This document shows, one piece after another, positions 44,286 to 52,089 of a DNA stretch of 64,000 bases; the first letter of the stretch is position 1, and each line of letters starts with the position of its first letter. The notes under the pieces were generated by a model. That model saw nothing but the letters and a program-made list of their open reading frames with translations. It ran no database searches and was not told the origin of the DNA. The DNA comes from Vicinamibacterales bacterium (GTDB taxonomy: Bacteria; Acidobacteriota; Vicinamibacteria; Vicinamibacterales; JAMQPK01): NCBI GenBank assembly GCA_963811435.1, contig CAWERD010000006.1, positions 1,627,967-1,691,966 on the forward strand, read 5' to 3'. Both the position numbers and the translations under genes were made by a program.

Positions 44286-45338
44286 CAATCCCTCGAGCTC
44301 GTCCGCGTGAATGGTCCGTGTGCGCGCGTCGTCGGCCGAGACGAATCCCTGACGAACGAGATGGGCGAGCGATTCTTCGAGGGTGATCGACCCGTTGCGC
44401 TTCGTCATCGTGATCTCCTGATGGAGGTGCTGGAGCGCATTCTTGCGGATGTGCTGGCGCCCGCCGTAGCCAATCATCAAGAGCTCGGCAGCCGGCACAC
44501 GCCCTCCGCCCGTGCGCGGCATCAATGTCTGCGTCAACACCGCGCCCAGCGCCATCGCCAGATCCTGTCTGATCGTCGGCTGCCGCTCGGGCGGAAACGA
44601 ATCGGCTACTCTGGCGACCGTCGATGTCACGTCGGTCGTGTGCAGCGTCGAGAACACCAGGTGACCCGTCTCCCCCGCCGTCAACGCAATCCGCATCGTC
44701 TCGGGATCGCGCATCTCGCCAATGACGATGACGTCTGGCGCCTGGCGCAAGGCGGCCCGCAGCGCCGTGGGAAAGTCAGGCGCGTCAATGCCGATCTCGA
44801 CCTGCTCGACCACGCTCTGCTGATGTGTGTGCTCGTATTCGATCGGATCTTCGATCGTGATGATGTGCCTCGCCTCGCGCCTGTTGATTTCGTTGACGAG
44901 CGCGGCCACCGTCGTCGTCTTGCCGGAGCCGGTGGCGCCGCCCACAAGGACGAGGCCGTGATGGAGCCGTGTCACCAGCTCGACCTGCGCCGGAAGGCCG
45001 AGCTCGTCGAGAAATGGCGGCTTGACCGGTAGCCTTCGAATTGTCGCCGCCGCGCGCCCGCGCTCGCGGTGCAGATTCACCCGAAAGCGGCCCAATTCCG
45101 GGCGGCGGAGTGAGATGTCCGCCGATCCCGCCGTGCGGTAGCGCTCCAATGCCTGGGCATGCATGGCGGGCAGCACGGCCGCCTCGATCGCTCCGCCCTC
45201 GAGCGGGGGTTCGGACAACGACGTCACGATGCCGTTGACGCGAATCGCCGGCGGGAAACCGGTGACAAGAAACATGTCGGCCGCGCCGTGCAGGCTCAGC
45301 GCGCGGAGCCACCCTTCCAGTGCGTCGTCGTGTTGCAT
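44250..45338 (-). CDS. pilT: type IV pilus retraction ATPase PilT family
   Basis: Walker A GGATGSGKTTT, Asp box IITIEDPIEYEH, Walker B DVIVIGEMRD and His box GHLVFSTLHT. Confidence 0.9.
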   Translation of the reverse strand: MQHDDALEGWLRALSLHGAADMFLVTGFPPAIRVNGIVTSLSEPPLEGGAIEAAVLPAMHAQALERYRTAGSADISLRRPELGRFRVNLHRERGRAAATIRRLPVKPPFLDELGLPAQVELVTRLHHGLVLVGGATGSGKTTTVAALVNEINRREARHIITIEDPIEYEHTHQQSVVEQVEIGIDAPDFPTALRAALRQAPDVIVIGEMRDPETMRIALTAGETGHLVFSTLHTTDVTSTVARVADSFPPERQPTIRQDLAMALGAVLTQTLMPRTGGGRVPAAELLMIGYGGRQHIRKNALQHLHQEITMTKRNGSITLEESLAHLVRQGFVSADDARTRTIHADELEGLLRAAGALGHNG

Positions 45339-45431
45339 TGGTGACCAACTCTACTTTGGCAGTGCCTCCCCCCGCCACATCCCGGCAGACGGCCAAAAAC
45401 TGGAGCGAAAAGTCTAAATGCCCATCTGGAG

Positions 45432-45701
45432 GTGGGTATGCGGCGTGTAGCCATCATCGTAGCCTCGGCAGGCGTCCTGGCAGTCGGCACCTGGGCGTAC
45501 GGACAGCAGCAGCAAGCGCAAGTCCCGCTCGTTCCTTTTCCGCCGCCCGACAACGTTCTAAGCGGCCCTGACATCGGATTCCGCGTCGAAGGGGTATATC
45601 AAGGCAAGGTGGTCGGGACGATGGTTGTTCGATTGAAGGACGGCTCCTGGGTCGAGGCTCAGTTCGGCCAGCCACGTGTTCGGCCGCTGCACGGCGAGTA
45701 A
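45432..45701 (+). CDS. small secreted hypothetical protein
   Basis: 89 aa. Signal peptide MGMRRVAIIVASAGVLAVGTWAYG and good GC3 codon bias. No known domain recognised. Confidence 0.5.
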   Translation: MGMRRVAIIVASAGVLAVGTWAYGQQQQAQVPLVPFPPPDNVLSGPDIGFRVEGVYQGKVVGTMVVRLKDGSWVEAQFGQPRVRPLHGE

Positions 45702-45750
45702 CGGGCCGTCTCTCGGGTGCCACGTCAGCCGTGCCGATATCTAACGTGTC

Positions 45751-46236
45751 ATGCGACAAGGTTCACTCGTTGCCGCGATGCTCGTGCTGTTTGTGCTGCC
45801 GCGTCCTGCTGAAGCATGCACCTGCGCGCAATTGACGCTCTGCGCCACGCTGCCGGCCGTCGAGGCCATTTTTGTGGCTCGCGCCGAGGTGCTTGCGTCT
45901 GGGAGCGGCACCCAGCGGACCCGGCTGCACATCGCCGACGTCTTCAAGGGCACGCTACCACGGACGCTGGAAGTGCTGTCTACCGGCCTGGGTGGAAGCT
46001 GCGACTACGCGTTCATGCCTGACGCCAGCCATCTCGTCTACGCGTACCGGGACAAAAAGGACGGGACCTGGAAAGTGTCGCTGTGCAGTCGAACGACAAC
46101 GGTGGACCAGGCGCGCGAGGATCTGGCTGCATTGAATGCGCTTCGCGCGAAGCCCCTGCGTGCGGGGACGCTGCCGGGCCTTATTGACCCGACTCTCGTG
46201 ACGAGGTACTGCGAGAAGGCGCGCAAGCCCGAGTAA
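45751..46236 (+). CDS. secreted N-TIMP/NTR-like (OB-fold) protein with mature N-terminus Cys-Thr-Cys
   Basis: The signal peptide ends AEA|CTC. CTCAQLTLCATLPAVEAIFVARAEV...HIADVFKG...SCDYAF...HLVYAY...GTWKVSLCS parallels the N-domain of vertebrate TIMPs ([23 protein letters not shown]...MYKG...VCG...YLIAG...ITLC). The mature region has six Cys. Confidence 0.65.
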   Translation: MRQGSLVAAMLVLFVLPRPAEACTCAQLTLCATLPAVEAIFVARAEVLASGSGTQRTRLHIADVFKGTLPRTLEVLSTGLGGSCDYAFMPDASHLVYAYRDKKDGTWKVSLCSRTTTVDQAREDLAALNALRAKPLRAGTLPGLIDPTLVTRYCEKARKPE

Positions 46237-46411
46237 GTGAAAAAGTGTCCACTATTGGAGCAGTGTGCCGCTCCGATACAACGGACATCTGAGTCGGAAT
46301 AGGCGCTTTCCGACCAGGGCGCCCCGAGGGGCTGCTGGGCCGTTAATTCGGGAGCAGCCTCTCCTTTTCTCCGCATCTGCTATCCTCCGTTCAATCCGTT
46401 TCTCAAATCAG

Positions 46412-47323
46412 GTGCGCACTCCTCCAGCGGTTGCGTTGCTGTTCGCCGCTTCGGCCGCTGCCGCAGCGGCGCAGTCTGCCGGGCTCGAGCGCGTGCTGGC
46501 GCTCACCGGCACTTATCTCGTCGCGTACGAAAAAGCGTTGACGGCGGTCGTGGCTGAGGAGCAGTACGACCAGTGGATCGACACCGGCCGGGGCTCTGCC
46601 ACGACACCGACCGGAGGCATGCGCGGGCGGGCGGCCGAACAAGGCCCCACCAAACGCTCTCTCCTTTCGGACTTCCTGATGATTCGATGGCCAGGCGAAG
46701 CCGCCTGGTTCGGTTTTCGCGACGTGCTCTCGGTCGACGGCAGGCCCGTTCGCGACCGCGAGCAACGCCTGCTCGAGCTGTTCACGCAGAATCCGAATGA
46801 CGTGCTCAAGCGGGCCGATCTCATCGCGGCCGAGAGCGCGCGCTACAACATCGGTGGCGTGGCGCGAAACATCAACGTGCCGACGCAGGCGCTCGATTTT
46901 CTGCACCCGCGGCATCGCTCGCGCTTTGAATTTCGCAAGAGCGGCGAGGATACGCTCGACGGGATACTGACGTGGAAGATCGAGTTCGAGGAGCGCGATC
47001 GGCCGTACCTCATCGGCACTCCGTCTGGTGGAAGTGTCCAGGCCAGAGGGTTCGCCTGGATCGATCCGTCTGACGGCGCCGTCTTGCAGACGCAGCTCAA
47101 TCTCAGCCTGGCCGAGGCGAGACAGATCCTTCGCACGCGGATCACCGTCAGTTTTCGTCGTGAACCGGATCTTGGATTGCGGGTGCCGGCGGAACTGCAG
47201 GAAACGCACGAGCAGGCCGATCCGGCCAGCCGATTCGGCGGCGCGACCGTCCTCAATGGCCGAGCGCTCTATCGCAATTTCAGGCGATTCGGGACGGAAA
47301 CGAAGGAGCAGCTCGTCCCCTGA
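46412..47323 (+). CDS. secreted hypothetical protein
   Basis: ORF 46265..47323 trimmed to GTG 46412 (VRTPPAVALLFAASAAAAAAQS signal). 303 aa with no recognised domain. Confidence 0.6.
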   Translation: MRTPPAVALLFAASAAAAAAQSAGLERVLALTGTYLVAYEKALTAVVAEEQYDQWIDTGRGSATTPTGGMRGRAAEQGPTKRSLLSDFLMIRWPGEAAWFGFRDVLSVDGRPVRDREQRLLELFTQNPNDVLKRADLIAAESARYNIGGVARNINVPTQALDFLHPRHRSRFEFRKSGEDTLDGILTWKIEFEERDRPYLIGTPSGGSVQARGFAWIDPSDGAVLQTQLNLSLAEARQILRTRITVSFRREPDLGLRVPAELQETHEQADPASRFGGATVLNGRALYRNFRRFGTETKEQLVP

Positions 47324-47385
47324 CGGACCGGTCACTATTTCTGAATTGACGCGCGATCCTTCAGCGCGCGCTCGACGCGCGTATC

Positions 47386-47988
47386 TCACTGCCGCTGCCT
47401 TATTGCCACGGTGCCATGGACCGTCTCTTCGTCGTAGCGCGCCTGCTCTTTGCGGAATTCTGCATTGAGGTCGGTCACGGCCTTCGTGACAATGGCGTCC
47501 TTGTCGGCATTTTCACAGATCGCATTCAACTCGTGCAGACGCTTTGTGATTTTATCGGCAGTCAGCGTCGCGAGGTCGAAATGGACCTGCTCGTGACGTA
47601 GCAGATCGGCCTCGCTATATCCGACGTTCCGCTTATTCTCGGTGTCTGCTCGGCTCCGCTCGAGCCACTCGCGTCTGGTGTCGACATCCTCCCAGGCATT
47701 CCATCGTGAGCCACGCCACCACGACTGATTGGGATCGAACGTCGCAACGGATTTCGTCATGAGTGTTTCACGCGCGCAGCCCCATGTGGTTTCGATCTTG
47801 ATCCAGCTTCGCGATCCGTATCGCAGAGACGCCGGCAGCGGACCTTTGAAGTCCTCGAGTCTCAGTCTGCGCTCGGCAGACCATTCGATGACCGGCGCCG
47901 GCGAAACGGGCACTTCTGATTGCGCGAAAACCACACCGGGGACGGCGCAACCGAAGGCAAGCGCGAATCGGAGACACGGGAGTCGCAT
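47386..47988 (-). CDS. DUF922-like secreted protein with HExxH motif (putative Zn-metallopeptidase)
   Basis: Signal peptide MRLPCLRFALAFGCAVPGVVFAQ. ...SEADLLRHEQVHFDLATL... contains HEQVH. Overall layout matches what I recall of DUF922. Confidence 0.65.
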   Translation of the reverse strand: MRLPCLRFALAFGCAVPGVVFAQSEVPVSPAPVIEWSAERRLRLEDFKGPLPASLRYGSRSWIKIETTWGCARETLMTKSVATFDPNQSWWRGSRWNAWEDVDTRREWLERSRADTENKRNVGYSEADLLRHEQVHFDLATLTADKITKRLHELNAICENADKDAIVTKAVTDLNAEFRKEQARYDEETVHGTVAIRQRQ

Positions 47989-47994
47989 ACGGTG

Positions 47995-48525
47995 TTACGG
48001 CTGGCTCGAGGGCGGAACCATCCCCTTGAGGCGCAAGTACGTGACGATATTGCCGTAGTGCTCGTTGTTGTGGCCGACGTTCAAGATCAACAGCGACAGC
48101 GGTGTGTCCTGCCGGCCCTTGGGAAACGTGCGTACCGTTGTCAGGTCTGTGTCTGTTTGCCGATACGCACGATCGCAGTACGTGAACGAGGCCCGGAGCG
48201 CCTCGGTCAGCCCGGCCTTCGTCGTCTGGGTCTTCTCGAAATTCTCGGGCGCAGGGTTTTTCTCTCCGAGCGCGTCCGAGCAGAACATGTACTGGGTCGA
48301 AGTGATGTGACCAATCAGCTGGCCAAACGTGCGGACATCGGGCGTCGGCCGGAATTCATACTGGTCCGGCGGCATCTGATCGGCAGAGCGAATGACGTAG
48401 CCCTTTATCCGTTCGTAGTGGGGCCGGGTTGACATGCCGACGGGATCGGTCGCCGCCTGCTGGGCGGTGGCCGTGCCGGCGAGGCAAAGAACAGTCAGTA
48501 AGCAGACCAAAAATGGCACCCGCAT
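47995..48525 (-). CDS. DinB-family (DinB_2) protein with signal peptide
   Basis: 176 aa. FGQLIGHITSTQYMF... and ...ILNVGHNNEHYGNIVTYLR supply the His triad positions typical of DinB four-helix bundles. Confidence 0.8.
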   Translation of the reverse strand: MRVPFLVCLLTVLCLAGTATAQQAATDPVGMSTRPHYERIKGYVIRSADQMPPDQYEFRPTPDVRTFGQLIGHITSTQYMFCSDALGEKNPAPENFEKTQTTKAGLTEALRASFTYCDRAYRQTDTDLTTVRTFPKGRQDTPLSLLILNVGHNNEHYGNIVTYLRLKGMVPPSSQP

Positions 48526-48606
48526 GCTCCCCCCTTTTGGCTAGATGGTAGCGCACCCCTGCCCCGTAAGGCTCTGCCCACAAAGCGACGATAATCTAAG
48601 GGAACG

Positions 48607-48708
48607 ATGACTCCCGAAGAAGCCTTCAAGTGGCGGCAACGCAAGCGGCGCCTCATCATCGGCGCGACCATCGCCACGCTGGTCACCCTGACGGCGTGGA
48701 TGATTTGA
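48607..48708 (+). CDS. possible 33-aa membrane peptide (below ORF-track cutoff)
   Basis: aaggga SD-like, then ATG: MTPEEAFKWRQRKRRLIIGATIATLVTLTAWMI*. Basic N-terminus plus one TM helix. No homology evidence. Confidence 0.25.
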   Translation: MTPEEAFKWRQRKRRLIIGATIATLVTLTAWMI

Positions 48709-48739
48709 TCTCCAAGTTATTTTTGCCAGCCACTTCTCG

Positions 48740-48810
48740 ATTCGGTTGCACAGGGCTTCAGCCCTGTCGCCCGCGACGTTATTCGGTGGCACAGGGCTTC
48801 AGCCCTGTCG
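48740..48810. repeat. two 30-nt hairpin units with 41-nt period (attcggtKgcacagggcttcagccctgtcg)
   Basis: Copies at 48740-48769 and 48781-48810 differ at one position. Each contains the stem cagggc-ttca-gccctg. Confidence 0.88.
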
Positions 48811-48970
48811 TGTGTGCCACGCAGAATTGACGGTGCGCAATCGGGGCCGGTATTTCAGCCGCCCGCCAGGAATGGCCCTGTGCCCGGCTGCGCGAGTCGC
48901 TTGACGAGACGTCGAAAGGCTCTGAGAGCGGATGCTGCGACCCTCACGAGAGAACTGGATCGATCGATCG

Positions 48971-49051
48971 CAACCGTAGCTCGTCAGCGAACTGATCGAA
49001 TGTTGGCCTGCCAACCGTAGCTCGTCAGCGTAGTGATCGAGCGAAGGTTGG
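48971..49051. repeat. two tandem ~40-nt units with 41-nt period (caaccgtagctcgtcagcg...ttgg) abutting the tRNA 3' end
   Basis: Unit 1 (48971-49006): caaccgtagctcgtcagcgaactgatcgaatgttgg. Unit 2 (49012-49051): caaccgtagctcgtcagcgtagtgatcgagcgaaggttgg. Each has ccaac.../...gttgg termini able to pair, and unit 2 overlaps the CCA end of the tRNA on the other strand. Confidence 0.85.
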
Positions 49052-49125
49052 TGCGCCCGGCAGGTCTCGAACCTGCGACCCCCGGTTTAGGAAACCGGTG
49101 CTCTATCCTGCTGAGCTACGGGCGC
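49049..49125 (-). tRNA. tRNA-Arg (anticodon CCT)
   Basis: Reverse complement: GCGCCCGTAGCTCAGCAGGATAGAGCACCGGTTTCCTAAACCGGGGGTCGCAGGTTCGAGACCTGCCGGGCGCACCA. It folds as a cloverleaf: 7-bp acceptor stem, GCTC/GAGC D stem, CCGGT/ACCGG anticodon stem with loop TTCCTAA, and T arm GCAGG-TTCGAGA-CCTGC. The CCA end is encoded. Confidence 0.95.
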
Positions 49126-49752
49126 GCGATGGAGCGACGTGTCAGTGTATCGCAGGTTTAGCGCGCAGCGACTCGTCCTCGTGGTGAACAGTCGAGAGAT
49201 CATTCTCACTTTCCTGCACGTGATGCTTAAAAGGCGGCCAGTCGCGCGGAAATCGCGAGCACGCGAGTCTTTCTGGCCTTAGCCTTCACCACGAATCGTC
49301 AACTCGCCGCGGCAAAGTTCACATCGCGCCACACGAGCCTCAAGAGCTCGCCCTGCAACAGCATGTCTCAAGCGCGCAATGATCGGACACTGATGGGTAC
49401 CTCGCAGCGTTCGCATTTCAGTGTGAGTATTCTGACATTCGCAGCCGTGCATGATGATTGGTGCGTCACTTCCCACCAAACGGTTGCCTCCTGGCTGTCC
49501 AAAAGTGAACATCTCCGAGCGCCTTTGCGTAGTACGTTTCAAACTTGTCGACCTCCTCTTACTGTTGCGGTCCACTTTTCCCCCAACTGCGGTACCACAA
49601 CGACGGTCATTGTCAAAGTGTAAACCTGGGACCCATCGACCTGCGTCTGCGCGCAGTGCGAGCACGCGTGGAATCCGTCCCCACCACAATTTCTTGATGC
49701 GCGGACACCGCGCACTTCGAGCCACCACCTACCCTTTGGAAGGACGACGAGC

Positions 49753-50511
49753 ATGTTGACCATAGTTGATGCACCTAGAGGCTCCCCTCAGACAAGTGCG
49801 ACAGAGGCGACGAACAAATTGCTCAAGGCTCTCCCAGCAGAGGAGTACGAGCGGATATCGCCGTATTTGACACGTGTGCCGATGAGACTCAAGGATGTGC
49901 TGCACAAACAGGGACAGCCCGTCGGGCGTGTCTACTTTCCATCTGGCGGAACGTTGTCGCTCATCAAGAATATGGTCGACGGACAAGTCGCCGAGATCGC
50001 AACGATCGGCAACGAAGGAGTGGCTGGCGCCCATGTATTCTTCGGGGATACCGAATCGGTTGGAGAGACCATCGTGCAGGTGCCCGATGGCGATGGCTAC
50101 GCGATGCCCGCTGTGGCGTTTAACGCGGAAATGGATCGGCGCGGGCCTTTCCACAATTTGATCGTCCGCTATTATGCCGCTTTGACGAACCAGGTCATGC
50201 AGAGCACGGTTTGCAACAGCCTGCATTCTGTCGAAGCACGCGCATGCCGATGGCTACTGATGATTCACGATCGCGTGGGACGAGACGAGTTTCAGCTCAC
50301 CCATGAGTTCATGGCGGGGATGCTGGGTGTACGAAGGCCGACCGTCACGCGAATCGCTGGAAGCCTGCAGCGCGTGGGCTTGATCAGTTACCCACGGGGG
50401 CGGGTGACCATCCTGGACCGACCAGGCTTGGAATCGGCGTCCTGCGAGTGCTATGAAACCGTGAGGGCAAGCTTTCGCCGTCTGGTGCCTGAGGTGTGTC
50501 AGAGTGCGTAA
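49753..50511 (+). CDS. Crp/Fnr family transcriptional regulator
   Basis: 252 aa. cNMP-binding-like beta-barrel region (VYFPSGGTLSLIKNMVDGQVAEIATIGNEGVAG) and C-terminal HTH (LTHEFMAGMLGVRRPTVTRIAGSLQRVGLISY). Confidence 0.85.
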   Translation: MLTIVDAPRGSPQTSATEATNKLLKALPAEEYERISPYLTRVPMRLKDVLHKQGQPVGRVYFPSGGTLSLIKNMVDGQVAEIATIGNEGVAGAHVFFGDTESVGETIVQVPDGDGYAMPAVAFNAEMDRRGPFHNLIVRYYAALTNQVMQSTVCNSLHSVEARACRWLLMIHDRVGRDEFQLTHEFMAGMLGVRRPTVTRIAGSLQRVGLISYPRGRVTILDRPGLESASCECYETVRASFRRLVPEVCQSA

Positions 50512-50529
50512 TATTCTTACTGCATGAAT

Positions 50530-50554
50530 CGGCAACGGCTCAAGCGGGTTGCCG
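50530..50554. terminator. hairpin cggcaac-ggctcaagcgg-gttgccg between convergent Crp and cpoB-like genes
   Basis: 7-bp stem directly after the TAA of the minus-strand gene (50556-50558) and 19 nt after the Crp stop. No U-tract. Confidence 0.4.
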
Positions 50555-50555
50555 G

Positions 50556-51261
50556 TTACCGGCCGAGTGCGGCCAATCGTTGCTTGGCCAGAATCGCGGC
50601 TTCCGTATTCGGCGAGTTTTTCACGACCAGCTCATACTCTGCCCTCGCCTCCTTGACCCGGCCAAGCTCATTCAGCACTTCTGCGCGCCGAACACGGGCA
50701 TTGGGCACATGCTCACTGGTGGAGTGGTCAGCGATCAGCCGGTCATATGCGCTGAGGGCGTCGTTGAGCTTGCGATCCAGACGATAGGCCTCGCCAATGT
50801 CAGTACCCCGCGAGGGGCGCCTGGCTCGCCTGAGGTGAGGCGTTCAAATACGCCATGAATCCCTTCACCGCCAGCGGATAGTTTCCGGCGACGTAGTCGG
50901 CTCTGGCGTTATCGAACAGCGCTGTCGCACCAACCGGAGCCGTCGATTTTTCCGAGACTGCAGCCAACCGTTGGTTTGTCTCCGCGAGTTGCTCACGAAG
51001 CACACGAACAGTTGTCAGTACGTCATCGAGGACGACCATTTGATCGGCAGAGAGCTTGCGCGTGGCGTTCGCCTGCTCAGAGATCTGCTTGCTTAACCCC
51101 TGCGCGGCTTGAGCAAGCTCCCCAAGCGTGCCCTCCATCCGGACCATCCGCTCTTCCAACATGCGGATGTCGGCTGCCAATTGGCGCTCTGCGGCGGACT
51201 GCCCGAACACCGGGCTCACACCGAAGACTCCCAACCAGACGAACAGAACAAACCTGGTCAT
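50556..51261 (-). pseudogene. second YbgF/CpoB-like coiled-coil + TPR protein, one frameshift near 50800
   Basis: ORF 50800..51261 has a signal peptide and coiled coil (DIRMLEERMVRMEGTLGELAQAAQ...) resembling the cpoB at 8297. The TPR end (DIGEAYRLDRKLNDALSAYDRLIADHSTSEHVPNARVRRAEVLNELGRVKEARAEYELVVKNSPNTEAAILAKQRLAALGR*) is in another frame. Confidence 0.7.
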
Positions 51262-51263
51262 GA

Positions 51264-52034
51264 CTACCCCTCCCTGCGAAAGACGAACACGTCGATGGGT
51301 TCAGTCACAGGCATCGGATCGACGCGCGCTGCGTGACGACGGACAGCATTCAGGCCCTCTTCCAACTCCCGCTCATTCAGGCTCGCCAGTATCGAATCGC
51401 CCCCTGCCGCCAGTTTATCGGCGTACGCTTCATAGGTCGACGCGATCTGTTGGATAACGACCTCCGTCGCCACTTTCAAGAACCCGGCCAACGCGAAGGC
51501 GTTCGTGATGTCACGTGCGGTGTTCAGCCGTGCGTACAGAAGTGGCTTCGTCGCCGGGATGAACTCGACGTACGGGTACGCCGGGATCTGCTCGACCGTT
51601 CCAGCGCGCAAGAACACGATTCCTCCGCCGCGCAACACGCGTCGGCATTCTCGTGCGACGGCTCCAGGGTCGCTGAAGTGGTGGAACACCATCGACATGA
51701 AGACGAGATCGCAGGCACCATCGACGAGCGGCACGGCTTCCCCGGACCCGCGCACATATCGGACCACGCCCTTGTGGGATTTCCCCGCGGCCTGGTCGAG
51801 CATCTTTCGAGACGGATCGACTCCAATGACCGTCGTTCCGAACCACGTCGCCAGCGCACCCGAAAAACGACCTGTGCCGCACCCGAGGTCGACGATGCTC
51901 GAAGGATGGGGGCTTGCCAGATAGCGCTCGACGGTCTCCATCCAGAGATCGAGAAACTCGGGCCCATGTGTGCGACCACGATCGTACGCCTCAGGGATCG
52001 CCGTGGTGTCGTAATCCATGTAAGCGACGGCCAT
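51264..52034 (-). CDS. class I SAM-dependent methyltransferase
   Basis: Motif I IVDLGCGTGRFSGALA, a post-I acidic residue (VIGVDPS), and motif II/III regions. Confidence 0.85.
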   Translation of the reverse strand: MAVAYMDYDTTAIPEAYDRGRTHGPEFLDLWMETVERYLASPHPSSIVDLGCGTGRFSGALATWFGTTVIGVDPSRKMLDQAAGKSHKGVVRYVRGSGEAVPLVDGACDLVFMSMVFHHFSDPGAVARECRRVLRGGGIVFLRAGTVEQIPAYPYVEFIPATKPLLYARLNTARDITNAFALAGFLKVATEVVIQQIASTYEAYADKLAAGGDSILASLNERELEEGLNAVRRHAARVDPMPVTEPIDVFVFRREG

Positions 52035-52089
52035 TGTAGCTGGGAGCCAATGTCGCGCGCTGGTGTCTAAGAGCGAGAGAGGTCAGTCA

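Noticed and set aside
48783-48800. Sigma-54 promoter (TGGCAC-N5-TT..)
   Set aside because: tggcacagggcttcag has TTCA instead of TTGC at -12. It is part of a duplicated hairpin unit whose other copy reads ttgcac, so it is more likely a structural repeat.
48971-49051. Additional tRNA or pseudo-tRNA genes on the plus strand
   Set aside because: Only a 9-nt match (ccgtagctc) to the tRNA-Arg 5' half. The units are ~40 nt minihelices lacking anticodon and T arms.
48526-50511. Integrated prophage or genomic island at tRNA-Arg
   Set aside because: No integrase, excisionase, phage or transposase gene, and no direct repeat of the tRNA 3' end, was found by eye. Only repeats and a lower-GC stretch were seen, which are reported as separate low-key findings.
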